Assembly: GCF_011386835.1 (NCBI RefSeq)
Contig: NC_088798.1
Span: forward strand, 12,400,001-12,464,000
Direction: 5' to 3'
From: Chrysemys picta bellii
Taxonomy: Eukaryota
DNA: 64,000 nt
Every line of letters starts with the position of its first letter. Within the stretch, counting starts at the first letter, position 1. The notes below the pieces were generated by a model that saw nothing but the letters and a program-made list of their open reading frames with translations, ran no database searches and was not told where the DNA came from. Made by a program: the position numbers and the translations under genes. Positions 22,900 through 35,785 of the stretch are shown one piece after another.

Positions 22900-25800
22900 G
22901 TAAGAGCGGGGAGGGCAAAGGGAATGGATGGATAAGAGATCAGTATAGTATTTTCAGTATAGGCCTGATGGAGTTTATATGGCAACTTGTGTCCCAAAGG
23001 ATCACAGAGCACTTGAGAGAGTACATACAGCACCACTGAAATGCGTCTGAAATGGACAGCAGCCAAGAAGACAACAAACACTCAGCACAACAGCAAGGAG
23101 AATGAAAGTGTACTCCAGACACTGAAGCAAAGGCCTATTACAAAAACTGCCATGGAACATTTAATGTGCATCTAAAGCAGATAGGCCGTTGGTTTTTAAG
23201 CTCATTTAATGCATGTACACCATAAACTGAGGCAATATCAGATTTGGAGCTTGAAAGGATAATGTGTTAGATTCACCCTGCTGAGATATGAACTTACAGT
23301 TCTAGTGAGTCCAAGTCATTCATATCTCATGCTTAGATGTAGGACCCCCAATTAATAGGCCCCTGAATTTCCTTTCGGGCCATTAACACTGAAATGGGAT
23401 CACTTCCCACCCCTTTCTCTAGGGTAAAGATTTCAGCCCTAATCAGTATTTCAGAACCCAGTGTGCAATAGTCCCATTCAGTATCCTGTAAAATTGGGCA
23501 CAGTTTAGTTTAGCCCTTTCACTTGAGCATTAGGAATTCTGTAATTAGGTTGCTGCAAGAAATGGTGTTGGTCATTTAGGTGACACTTCTCTCCCTACTG
23601 AGCTAGTGCTCCACCACACCACGAGGGGGCACTGGATTGCTGGAAATACTATTTGTCAAATAAATATGTGTGGTCATTGAAGATCTTATGGCAAATGTTA
23701 GCAAGGTGTGGTGTTATTCCTGCTGTTCTGGCCAAAATTCTATCTTGGGTACTTACAGTCAGCCCGTGTCCAAGTTTACCTGTGGCCTCAATTTTAGAAG
23801 TGATTTATTTCCTCACCTGAAAACAGTCATGTAAAGTTGACACAGAATAGCTGCTGCATTCCTCCCCACATATGGCTGCCGTTCAGTGGTGTGTGCTCTG
23901 TCAGTAAACAGTACAATGGATAGGCTCGCTCCATCAGACTGAAAGGCATTCTATAAACAATGGTCAGATATTTGGTGACATGAATACAAGATTCTGCATG
24001 ATATAAGCTTTCTAAAGAAAGTTCAATAGATTTAGAATTTGTTTAGAATGTTTTATGATGAATCTCAAAAACAAAACAAAAAACCACAAACATAGGGTCA
24101 AACTTTCAGCCAGTCTTAGGTGTCCTGTAAATCTGTACATATAGATTTTGCAGCTTATACAGAGTAATTGTATATCTATCCATGTGCATATGCATTTCTA
24201 TGCTCATAATTTTGCAGATGTTAAGAAAGTATAGCTGAAACTTGAACTCATAATTAGTTGTAGAATACATAGGTAAAGGGAACAGTTACTATTTGAGATC
24301 ATTCTAAACCTATGGAAAGTCATAAATTAATGGAGATATCCCATCTCCTAGAACTGGAAGGGACCTTGAAAGGTCATTGAGTCCAGCCCCCTGCCTTCAC
24401 TAGCAGGACCAAGTACTGATTTTTCCCCAGATCCCTAAATGGCCCCCTCAAGGATTGAACTCACAACCCTGGGTTTAGCAGGCCAATGCTCAAACTACTG
24501 AGCTTCCCGCCCCGCCCATAATGCTCAAGTAGCAATACTAATGCTGGAATCATCATCCAAGAGTGCCATTAATCAGGTGCATGATTGTATTTATAAATGT
24601 TGTATTTACAGAACATAAAATGTGCATAAACTATTCAAATAGGCAGCAAGAATGCATTGTGGGACACATTTAGCATGTATAGGTGGATACAGCACCACCC
24701 TCCCTGCATGGGATTAAAGCATTTGACAAAGATTCCCTGAGCCATGTATTTTTCCTGAATCTCCACACTGAGCTGGCTTTTTAAGATTTGCAGAACTCCA
24801 TGCTTGAGGGGTAGAGGGAAAGGACACAGGCCAATTGGCCATTAATAATAATTTATTATTTATATTACCATAGCACTTTTCCTTCCCCTTTTGATCTTGC
24901 TGGAAGTGGGAATTGGGTGGTGAGTGTTCTCCCATTTGGGTCCTAATTGCAGAAGTTTAAAAAATAAATAAATTAGGAGTAACTTGCATTTCAACAGTGA
25001 GTGAAGTGATTCCTGCATAACCATTAGTCAGTCTGTATCTGAACATTTCTAACTTGCCCATCACTGTAGCATCTGGGCATGATATAGATAATTGAAAAGG
25101 ACAATCTGTGAGTAGAGGTGCATGCTTTTCACCCTCCCTTCTTGCACCACTTTCTTCAGTGACAGTTTCTTCATTGTTTTCCCCTCTGATACTTAGTTTT
25201 TTCATTGTTTTCCCCCTGCAGGTTATTTTGCAGCCAAGAGATTATTATTACACCTCTACCCCAATATAACGCTGTCCTCGGGAGCTAAAAAATCTTACCG
25301 CGTTATAGGTGAAACTGCGTTATATTGAACTTGGTTTGATCCGCCAGAGCGTGCAGCCCCGCCCCCCCAGAGCACTGCTTTACCGCGTTCTATCAGAATT
25401 CGTGTTATATCGGGTTGCGTTATATCGGGGTGGAGGTGTATTTATTGTGATAGCACTTGCGTCCCCAGTCTTGGATCAGGGCCTTATTGTGCGAGGTGCT
25501 TACAAACAGAACAGAAAATGTTGCCAAAGAGCTACAATCTAAATATAATACAGAGGAGGATACAAACAGCATATCAGCTGCAAAACCGTTGCTGAATGAT
25601 TGTAAAAGGTCTTGCACTACATCTTACGCGTAACAAGACTCGGGCTTCTTGTAATCCGTTGTCTGGGAGTGTCACAGCAAGATGCTTGGGGTGAAAGGCA
25701 CTATGTAAATGCCAGATACATTAATGACTGGCTTCTTTCAGTCCCTCTGTGGTGCTCCCTAGCTCCTTTTCTCTCTCTGCTGATACTACCAGCTTTAAGA

Positions 25801-28800
25801 TTTCCAAAGTTGAAAACAAAAGTGGGGCAGATTCAGGCGCTGCCTGGTACTAAGTTGCTACTAACAATATTATAATTAGCTGCTTCCCCCAGCCACTCCC
25901 TCTCATCCGCTCTTTATTAAGCCATTTATACAGTGGGCTTCCCAAAGTCTGAACACTTGCATAACTGTCTTCTTTGTCTAGGAGACATTTGCAGCTAAGT
26001 GCCCTGTGTTTGGCAGAATAAGATTAAGAATCTCACTTTGCCTTCTAGATATTTCTGTCCTGATTTACAACAGGGAGCTGCTCTCAAGCAATTACCTATC
26101 ATTTTGGACCATCACATATTCTGTGCTCTGGTTCATGTCATGATCAATAATTCATGTGTCGATAACAGCCCCATTAGCTGAGATGAAGGCCAACATCTTT
26201 ATTCGCAATAAGAATATTCCACTGTCCTAATGACTTTTCTCTTTCCCAGAGAGTGGTGGTTGTAGAAGACATAAAAAGATGGAAATCTGTCCTGGAGCTT
26301 CCTGGCCAGTCTAAAGAGAATTTGATCAAAGCCTTGGAGGAATTAAAGAAGAAAATACCTTCTAAGGATGTGTTACTTTCAACAAAAATAGGTGCACTTC
26401 GTATCCAATTTAGAGTGTGAAAATGAGGTGGATTTGTGTCCTTCACTTGTTGGATTTTTCTATACACAAGGGAATTGTTGACAGCATTTTTCAGTAATGG
26501 TCCTAAGCACTTTACCTTATTGTTGAATAAAATCCTGGTGGTAGGTAGCTACATAGTCTGCAAAATTCTTAGTACAGCAAAGAAAGAGTTCTCCTCGAAT
26601 TATTCACAATTATTTGGATGTTGCCTGCTTATAATCAAGGGCTGGGTCACTCCCTTCCATGGTAAAATATGTGGGAGAAGGACTAAGGGGGAGGAAATCT
26701 CCACAAAGTTCCTCCTTGATTGGTCATGGGTGGTTACTCTCCTGTGGAATGAGATGCGGGACCCATCTGCAAACCCAGAGAAGTCCTCGGGATCTGCTGG
26801 AGGCCCGAGCCATCAGCATAGAGGCCCTGCTCCTTAGTTACAGCTACCTCGGTGCTCCTTTCTCCCCCCCCTCCCCAAGGAATCCCCAATGTGGAGGGGG
26901 CTACGTGCTTATAACACCACAACAACTTGATTAATTTTCACAGGACTGGGGGAACAGGGTATGATGTGAGACCACCAGTCCCTGTCCTCTTTTTGTGCAG
27001 ATCCTGATCTTGCAGAGATCACCCCAAGATGTACTGGAGGGGGGAGAGTAGCAGTGCCAGGGCTGACAACCTCCCCCCCCCCCCCCCGCCTTTCTGTGCA
27101 AAAGCAGTAGGATCCTCATGCAGAGGGCCCTCTCTGTGTACGGACCAGGAGGAATGATCTGCTCTTCTGGTCTGAATTTTGTAATTGAATTTGCCATCTT
27201 GAGCACATTCAGCCTTCCTATATCACAGGAGTTCTCAAACTGGGAGTCGGGACCCCTCAGGGGATCGTGAGATTATTACATGGGGGGTTGCGAGCTGTCA
27301 GCCTCCACCCCAAACCCCGCTTTTCTTCCAGCATTTATAATGGTGTTAAATATATAAAAATGTGTTTTTAATTTATAAGCACTCAGAGGCTTGCTATGTG
27401 AAAGGGGTCACCAGTACAAATGTTTGAGAACCACTGCATCGGGTCTGCACCAGCGACAGATGAAGCAGTTGTGCTGTATGAAACCCAAGGAGTAACAGTG
27501 ACACCTTCTGGCCAATAGTGTTATCACTTAGAAATTAATACCAAGCAGAAGAAGAGGAACTGTGCCTTCTGCTTTGTGTTACGTCAGTGGTTTTCAACCT
27601 GTGGAATTTTTATTGGAATTGAAATTTTTTAGGGATCCGCAAATGAAAAAAAGTTGAAAACCACTGTGTTCGGTGGTATATCCCCTTTCAAAGGGCACAT
27701 TTCCTTGACGGTGCAGTAGCTCTCTGTGCATTTCCGTGGGCGTGAGAAACGTCACTGATGGTGATTGGAAAACAGAAGGAAATCATTACTTCCTCACTCA
27801 CATGTAAAAACATTGCAAATATCACTTAACATCCGCTTCCCCAAAGAATTTTTTAGCAAACATTTTTATTCTGTGTGAGCCAATCCTGAAGACTTTACAC
27901 TAGATTTACCATCTGTCTAAGTACTCGTATAGCCCTGTATTGTCTGAGCACCTCACTACACACCTCTGTGATCTAGGGAAACGCTGCTCCCATTTTACAG
28001 CTGGATAACCGAGCACCTAGGAAGTTACTCAGGCAAAACCACCATTGAATCAGTGAATAAGGACTCTGCAAGCGTTGGCCCCAGTGTTTTCATATTTGCA
28101 TTTGTGTCAAGTGCTTAGTTTTCTGCTGAAGCTGTCTGAGCCCTGGTCTACACTAGTCGGGGAAGATCAATCTAAGTTATGCAACTTCAGCTATGTGAAT
28201 GATGTAGTTGAAGTCCACGTACTTGGATCGACTTACTCGCAGCGCTGGAGTATAGCAGTCGAAAGGAGAGCGCTCGGGGGTCGATTTATCACATCTAGAC
28301 TAGACTCGATAAATCGATGCCTGCTGAATCGATCACTACCCGCGGATCTGGCGGGTAATGAAGACATACCCTGACTTACAATGCTTTGTGACTGTTTTGT
28401 CACTAATGTGCACTGACAGGTCTGGATTACACTTACCTACCCACCAAAGTTGAACGAACTCTGTTGCTGTTTCTATTTGGCAGGTCACACGGTGAATAAG
28501 ATGCGCAAACATTCAGACCATGACGTGGCCAATCTCGCAAAAGACGTTTACACTGAGTGGCGAACTTTCATCAAAGATTATTCAAACAAACCATCGATAG
28601 AAGTCAGGAGCGATCCCAAAACAGAGACTCTCAGGAAGAATGCACGGAAGCTACTTTGCGATGCTCTGGAACTAGAGGTAATATTCTTGATACTGTAGCT
28701 GCTGTATCGAGAGATCTCCGTTATTGGGCTTTTTTCAAAAGGAGTTAGTTTTCCTTTGCTCAGATTACTCTGGCTATTGAAAACAAAGGTGAAAATGACG

Positions 28801-30825
28801 CTGACACTGCTCTCATTTACAGAGTCCGCAAACAGGACACCCGTGCGTCTGTTATGCTTAAATCGTATAGGGGAAAGAGGACGTTAATATAGAAAACTAT
28901 ACATCCTACTATTTATTAGCTATAAAACCTACACAGAGACCTCTTGGTTGTTTTGTGTTTCAGGGAAATTGTATTTCGGTAATTAAGTATTTGTAAATTA
29001 AAACTTATTGCAAAAATGGACAGAGAGGGGTCAATAATATATAAAGTGGTGGTAAATACTAGATCCCTGTGGTATCTTTAAGTGAATGAACAAGACGTGC
29101 TGTAAGGCTTAATGATTAGTTTGCCTGGTGTATTAAACGCCATAATAATTATCCTTTTAATTTATTCATTAATTAGCCTTTAAATAGAAAGTCAAGTGGT
29201 AGGAAATCAGGAGTTACAAAGCAAAGTTAAAGGTAGTGTGTTCTTTAGCTGTATCTTGCCTTAGGAAAAATGAACACTCTGGCCAGTTAAGAAGTGAATG
29301 GTATGTTCTGAAAGGAGTTCTCACCTGTCCTCTTCAAATAGGGTTATGATAGGTTAAAGTGGGGATGTCTCAAGATGACTGGATGATTCAAGAGAGTGAT
29401 AAAAAAGAAAGGCTCCATAATACGCTAGGTGGCTTGTTCAAATCCTGCCCTTTGGATCTGTGTCAGTTTCTAGCACAGAGGCCTGGTGGTATGAACAGAC
29501 AGGGTTTGCAGTGGCACAAGGTGCCTGCAGCCTACCCTCTGCCAAGACAATTCATGCTGCTTCAAAAATAGGCAGTGCTGGGTAGAGACACCAGTGGCAG
29601 GGCAGAGATTAAAACTGCCCTCTCCAAACAGGACATACGTGTAAGGGTGGCAAGGAAAACATTGCCTGCTCCCCCATAGGCATGAATCTCCCCGGAATGC
29701 AGCTACCATCAGAGAGGTGTAGTTTGCTTCAGTATGAGTCAGTCAGATGTATAGACAGTCACGGGAAAAGGAGGGAGTCCAAGAATTGGGAGTACAAGGA
29801 CAATGGAGAGGGGAATCTGCAGGTGGGGACAGGGTACAAGGAGTAAGTGGGTCAGAAGGGGATGTGCAAGGACAGGGGCAACTGGGAGATGGGTAGCAGA
29901 GGGGAGATAAAATGGGGCAAGGACTTGGGGGTTGAATAATACTCTAATAATAACACACTAACATTTTGGAGTCTCCCATCTGCGAAAGTATGGGAGATTC
30001 CCCATCACTAAAGGCAAAAGTGAAATTAAAAGTGTGGTGAGCAGTTGAGGTTTCATTTCTTCCTTTATTGTTTATTTCTTACATTTCTAAGCTGTGCCAA
30101 ATTACAGATCTTGGCACATAGCTTCATAATTAACATTTAGCAAATCCCTTTCTGCATTCTTAATTACACCTCCTTCCACACACAGCCTGCATTTCCCTTT
30201 ATAGCACCAGGCAAAGCTCCCAAGTATTTGGAGTGTCTTAGAATTGCTTTTAGGATCGAGCTGAAAATAGTATCCAAGGTGCCCTGTATTAGAAAGATCA
30301 AATGTGAGATTTATGGAGACAGTGCAGTGTAGTTTGTAATTGCAGTTGAACTTGATACCCAAAGCTGGTTGCAGATTAGCGTCCTGTTGTGAGGGCAAAG
30401 CATTGCCTCCCAGCTGGAGATGCGAATGAGTTCCCTGCGACTGACCAAGTTGCCTTGTTCCTTAATTGCTCGGGTGGAATTAAATTGCTCTTCCTGTTTC
30501 ACACGTGATGGGAAGTAGATTTCCTTGAATTTGAGCTGATTAATAAGGAGACCAACTGATTGAAATTGGAGTTCGGTGGTTTTCAGAGTTTCTTCATTAA
30601 ACGTAAGGATCTAATTTTACACTTTGCTGTTTTCAGATTGATCACCCACTGGCTGAAAATATTGAGCGAGAAGCTTTTCATCTCTCTTCCCGTCTCATTA
30701 ATGCACCATATCGCAGGACAGTGCGAGCCCTAGTCTTCACGTTAAAGCACAAACCTGAAACCCGCGCACAAGTCAAAACCGGTGCACTCCCAGTCAGTGC
30801 GCTTGTACAAAACCATAAGAAGTGA
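22798..30825 (+). CDS. TCEANC2: Transcription elongation factor A N-terminal and central domain-containing protein 2, complete CDS, 208 aa
   Basis: join(22798-22899, 26250-26391, 28484-28677, 30637-30825), 627 nt open with GT-AG introns. Matches human TCEANC2 along its full length. Exon 2 starts at 22754 with 44 nt of UTR. Confidence 0.97.
24321..24508 (-). mobile_element. Tortoise-type tRNA-derived SINE with CR1-like 3' end
   Basis: The minus strand reads agctcagtagtttgagcattggcctgctaaacccagggttgtgagttcaatcc (Pol III A/B boxes), followed by a CR1-type tail. Confidence 0.85.
25251..25438. mobile_element. Tc1/mariner (Tigger-like) MITE
   Basis: 22-bp TIRs (CACCTCTACCCCAATATAACGC, 20/22 match) and TA target duplication. 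Confidence 0.85.
26250..26391 (+). CDS. TCEANC2: TCEANC2 coding exon 2 ([48 protein letters not shown])
   Basis: Acceptor ctttcccag and donor G|gtgcac. Confidence 0.96.
27226..27436. mobile_element. hAT-type MITE
   Basis: TIRs CAGGAGTTCTCAAAC / GTTTGAGAACCACTG. No recognisable TSD. Confidence 0.7.
27585..27666. mobile_element. Miniature hAT-type element, 82 bp
   Basis: Perfect 14-bp TIR CAGTGGTTTTCAAC and degenerate 8-bp TSD tgttacgt/tgttcggt. Confidence 0.75.
28140..28371. mobile_element. PIF/Harbinger-like MITE (gtctacact family)
   Basis: Termini GCCCTGGTCTACACT ... GAAGACATACCC, 3-bp TSD TGA on both sides. Confidence 0.75.
28484..28677 (+). CDS. TCEANC2: TCEANC2 coding exon 3 ([64 protein letters not shown])
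   Basis: TFIIS N-terminal-like motif, canonical splice sites. Confidence 0.97.
30637..30825 (+). CDS. TCEANC2: TCEANC2 last coding exon ([62 protein letters not shown])
   Basis: Acceptor tttcag, TGA stop. Confidence 0.97.
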   Translation: MDHPLAENIEREAFHLSSRLINAPYRRTVRALVFTLKHKPETRAQVKTGALPVSALVQNHKK

Positions 30826-31236
30826 CTCAGAGTGCCTGGTGCTGAACGTGGGATTCACGTGTCTATGCCACATATTGGGATTGTGAAGCCCTTATGTTTT
30901 AAGAGTGCAGGAGCACTGGTCATGTTAATCACTCTGCCACTGTAAGGACAGGATATATCAGGAAGGTGTCCGGGGCAAATTCAGTGGAGATGTAAGCGGT
31001 GGTGTAAATTAATCATCTGTGAGTCAGTGGACATTTGAGGGAACAGAATGGGTGGGGTTGTAGCAGGAAAAGCACATAGGCCTCCCCTACTTTGCTTTAT
31101 GCCTTCTTAATTACTTTTTTACTTGGTTAATTTTCCTGCTACAAACCCACTCTTCTGGTCCCATAGCATGTAAGTTGTATCAACTTGCACCGGCAGAACC
31201 ACATATCACTTGCACCACCATTTATATCACATCTGA

Positions 31237-31515
31237 GGGCAAGTCTACACTACAGTGCTACAACAGCGCAGCTGCACCGATGCAGCTTTGCTACTGTAGC
31301 ACATCTGGGAGAGCTCTCTCCCATCGGCGTAATTACTCCACCTCCGCGAGAGGCAGAAGCTATGTTGGCGGGAGAGCGTCTCCCATCGATGTAGCGCCGG
31401 TGTGGACAGTGCTTAGGTCGCCGTAACTTGCGTCGCTCAGGCGTGTGTGTGTGTCTTTTTCACATCCCTGAGCGATGTAAGTTACATCAACTTAAGCGGT
31501 AGTGTAGACCAGCCC
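31237..31515. mobile_element. PIF/Harbinger-like MITE in the TCEANC2 3' UTR region
   Basis: Termini GGGCAAGTCTACACT ... AGTGTAGACCAGCCC. Confidence 0.75.
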
Positions 31516-32068
31516 TCGGCGTGACTCCTGTCTGAGCCAGGAGCATAGTGGAACTATCTGAAAGGAGCAATGATGTTCAGTGCCAGTCAGAAGGGGTGGG
31601 AGTTTACAATCGGAAGTGAAGGTGATGACTAACTGACAGCTCTAGTTACCTCTAGTTCAGTCATGTTCCCTGCAGTAATACCCAGGTACTCCCAGAGCTA
31701 ACTGCTTAGCAAAGTGAGGGGGCTTCTCTTCACTGTATTCCAGAGTTGGGAACTCAGCCCACAGTCTGTGTTGGCTGGCCAGCTTTATCCCGCTGCATCC
31801 CAAAACCTCGTTTATCCCAGCATTGTGGATGTCTCCCTAGGCCTTCAGGTAAATGAGGCGGCACCTGTATTTGCTACGTGACACCTCTTTGCTGTGTATT
31901 CTACTGAGCATCTCACCTTAAACATCAACACCTCATTTCTGATGTATTTAAGTGTGGTGCTTGTTTTTTGTGTGTACGAATATGAGGAAAGCTTGTAATG
32001 AAATCTCTAAGTATAATTCAATGGGAGCGTAAATTGACCTTTCAAAAAGGCTCTTACCCCCACAAGGG

Positions 32069-32121
32069 AATAAATATTCATACTTTAGAGCGATTATGTG
32101 AACAACTTTTTAAGCAATAAA
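32069..32121 (+). terminator. Candidate TCEANC2 polyadenylation signals (AATAAA at 32069 and 32116)
   Basis: Two AATAAA hexamers about 1.25-1.3 kb past the stop codon. Confidence 0.45.
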
Positions 32122-35100
32122 CAGATTATTTTTAACCAGCACGTGTTTCCCGGTATTAATTAGTGGAAGCTTTGTCTTTTCTCCGATTGCCTCAGTGCCA
32201 CGAGTCACGTTGTTCTTGATACACATGCTGTTCTTGAGGCTGTGGCAGACACAGTCTCTCTCTGCTGTGCTATGTGTTCTGACTGTCAGTTCTTTCTCTG
32301 CTTCCACATGACTATGTGCAGGCTGGTCACAGAACATAATCAATGAGATGAAACTGTAAGAGTAGAGATGGCCGAGTACTGGGATAAGTGAAACTTGTGT
32401 ATTGTTGGCCCTGGAAATGTGATGGGGCAAGGAGTCCAACATGTCATCATAATATCAAGTTGCTTCAGGAAGTACCTCCCCTAATCACTGCTGGTCAGTA
32501 CTTGTGGTGTCTGTCTCAAAGTGCCACTAAGATGGTTGGTGCATGTGGAGCAACTGTATGTTAGGTGTTCAAAACAGTCCACATTCAGATCTCCTCCAAG
32601 ATAATGAGAGAGAACTGATTATCCACCCAGTTGTATCTGCCAGCCCCCTTTTTTCTCCACGGAAGTTAACAGCTGAAGCAGCACTCCACTCTGAAGTTCG
32701 TGGAGTCACTGCCTTTGCCCAGCACTGCATTCTCCAGACACCTTATACTACTCAATTCTTTTTATTAATTTCAAAGCAATGACTCCCTAATTTTAGAATA
32801 GTGTAATACAGACATTCATTTAAAATTAGGGATGGGTGGGCTGGAAACATGACTGAGTCAGACGTTGGAAGACGGCTATCTGCAATGCAATGAGTAACAG
32901 TTTGTTCTAGAGCATTAGGGGTGGATTTATGACTGATCGTTGGGGGAGTAATAGTTGAGTGAAGACCTAACACTTGGTCTGCTTGTTGCTACCCACAGTG
33001 CCTAAAGCACAGTCCACTTCTCACAGGTAACTGGACCCATTTGACACAAGTTAAATACTCAAAACCATGCTGACACAATAGCATGTCAACAATATGCTGG
33101 ACTGGCATGAAGGTAATTCAGGATCAACAGGCTCTGCATTAGTCCTTAGGTTTTATTCCAGAAAGGCCATGCCCTGGTTTCCAGCTCCATTTTTGATTCA
33201 AGTCAATTTTACTCACTCACTCTGTTAGATGTATGCATGCAACTTGAAATCACAAATGTTAGGAACTTCCAACGATGGAGAGAGCATTCTCCCACACAGC
33301 TCTGTTGATACTCTACTTGGACTCCAGTCCTTGGCCCAACCTGGCCAAGTTGTGTTGAACTGTGTGGCGGTTTTGCAAGATGAGCACAGATCTAATAGAA
33401 AATGCAGGGAGGCCCCAAACTCTTCTTTGCTGTGGCAGTGAAAGTGCGACTCGAGGCAGAACTGTCTCTGGGATGCCCAACTTTGTTTTTTCTTGAAAGG
33501 TTATTTTAGGCAATACAAAGTGCACTTCTACCCAGAGAACTGCCTGTGTACAAATGGCCCTTTCTCAGCCAGAAGACTTGCTCCCTGTGTATATTCAGAA
33601 TCAGCTCCACTTCTGTTTTTACTTCAAGTTACCCACTTAAGGGAAAGTGAGCTGTTTTCTTGTTGTACTGACTTCACTAGTGCTTTTAATGTAGCCGGTT
33701 GTAAAACTAGGCAAATATCTCAATGAGTTGATATACCCCCTGGAATATCTCTAACTTGGCACTTTTTATAGCACCTTTATGCATCGTGGTGATAGGAGGG
33801 AAAGGGGAAAATAACCCAGCTTGGCTAGAGTGACTTTCCAGGGCTGCGGTTAGAAAAAACTTATTTTTATCTGTAAATTGAGCACATTTGACAATATACG
33901 TGGAGCCCCATTAATGGCCTTTGGATAGCGTCGCTTTTCAGAGTAGAACCAGACTTTAAGTTCAAGTGCAACATATGCATTAAACATGCAGCTGGTGGGT
34001 CAGACTCAACCCACCTGATGTGTTCATGTGGTTTCCATAACACTTTCAGACTGGGCAGAATCTCAGCTTTCATTTAAACTAAAATAAAAAAAAATCCTCA
34101 CGGTTATGAAGGAAACCTTCCAAATGCAAACCAAGGGTAAAGTGATGTCACATTGCCCGCCTGATTCTGCAGTCAGTCTGAAAGAACGTTTCTCAGACAC
34201 ATGAACTTCTCTGCCCCCTATTAATCCAATTGGAGTGTCGACTAAAATGATGACAGTCTCATGTCAACATTAACATTGGGGATGGGAGAAAATTCCAGGG
34301 GCGGGGGGAGGGGTTGGAATTGGGAGTGGAAGGAGGGAAGGAAATGCAGAGAGAAGAATAGAGAGAAAGGAGGGTGGGGAAGGAAGAAAAAAAAACAAAG
34401 GGCAGAAATAGCAGTGGGCCCACCCAAGAGTATGCTTTTCCACTGAGTGATAGTGAATGTGGCAATGGAATACTTAAAAAAATCTAAACATTTAGTTACT
34501 TTATAAAGACCCGATTCCCTCCTTGATCTCCACTCAAATCTCCTACTGACATCAGTAGATGTTCTGCTGTGGATGGATGTGGGTATGGAGTTCCAAATTT
34601 ATGCTTCCGTTTATGGGCCATGACTAAATGTGGAATTCAAGCCACTCCACGCAATCAGTTTGACACTCCTGAAGGGAAAGCCATGCATAATCATCCCTTT
34701 TCCCGCCAAGTAAAATTACCTGGCTAATAAGATTCCCTGTTAGGAGACCCTCAGCAAGTGGCATCTGTGACACCGGGGGTTAATGCACTAGACTTACAGT
34801 GCAATTCCTGTAAATTGCTGGACATTTTCTACTTCTGGTTTTGGTTTATAGCAGTTGTGTGGAAGTGGACTAGCCAGAGTGCCAGCTAGGCACTTCCTAA
34901 AGCCAGGGACTCTCCGCAAGTCTTTGTTCTAACAAGGGAAAGTCCTGTAGATTAAAAGAACCAAGAGAACTTCACAGGTGGTGCTCTTCATGAGAATGGT
35001 TCTGGGCAAGCTGGTTTCCTTTGAAACAATTTTGTTCCCTTTTTAAAGAGGAAATTTGGAATAAATCGGGTACCAAAAATAGTCTGGAGAAGATGTTTGT

Positions 35101-35165
35101 TTCCCACTCCACCCCCGCAATTAAACCCAGCCCACCAATAGTCCTGAGCCAACACTGACCTGCAG

Positions 35166-35220
35166 GGTGAATATAGACTCATTGCAACAAGTGAACGGAG
35201 ACTGGAGACCTTCTGCTGAG
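35166..35220 (+). other. Candidate 5' non-coding exon of the novel cytokine receptor-like gene
   Basis: Strong donor GAG|GTATGT at 35221, no ATG inside, CCAAT at 35135. Splicing to 38218 gives the Kozak context GAGATGG. The 5' boundary is uncertain. Confidence 0.4.
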
Positions 35221-35679
35221 GTATGTAAGAGATTCTTTCCTGTTATTGCTTTGTTATTTGTCTTTGGAATGCACTAGGGGCCACCGAATGGCAGGTATTT
35301 ACAAGTGATTTCCCCAAGGCAGTGATGCCCAAGGAGAGCTTTATCCCTCTGCCAATTACTCAGGTCAGACAGGAAGTACAGAGTTAAGACATTCCACATT
35401 CGTTGCAATGGGGCAGTAGACAGTAGCTGAAATTTCTTTTTAAAAAGACTTCAAAAGTCTTCTCCATCAAGAGCCTGGTCCTGCAAGCTCTCCATGCCCA
35501 GAATGCTCACTGTCTGCACTGGGAATCCTGTACCTGAACAATTTGCAGGATCAGAACCACACTAGATGGTGGTGAAACATTATTAACCAGCTGTGCGCTG
35601 CATGTTTCCATAAAGCCCTATGCATTTGGATGATGCTTAAGGACATACTTGTGACTATCCATTTAGGAGGTAGGACAGG

Positions 35680-35785
35680 GATATTAGAGAGACAAGGAGG
35701 GTGTGGAAACCTCTTTTATTGGACCAGCTTCTGTTGGCGAGAGACAAGCGTTCGGGCTTACTCTGAGCTCCTCTTCAGGTCACTG
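35680..35785 (-). mobile_element. Penelope family B fragment
   Basis: gagagacaagg...tcttttattggaccagcttctgttgg...gagctcctcttcaggtc. Confidence 0.65.

Noticed and set aside
24400-24508. tRNA-like sequence as a tRNA gene
   Set aside because: Fused to a CR1-type tail with degenerate stems, so it is a SINE head.
32110-32442. 110-aa minus ORF with Cys spacing (FCDQP...ERDCVC...MCIK) faintly like TNF-receptor repeats
   Set aside because: Several required cysteines are missing and there are no convincing splice sites or signal peptide. An HMM search against TNFR_c6 would settle it.
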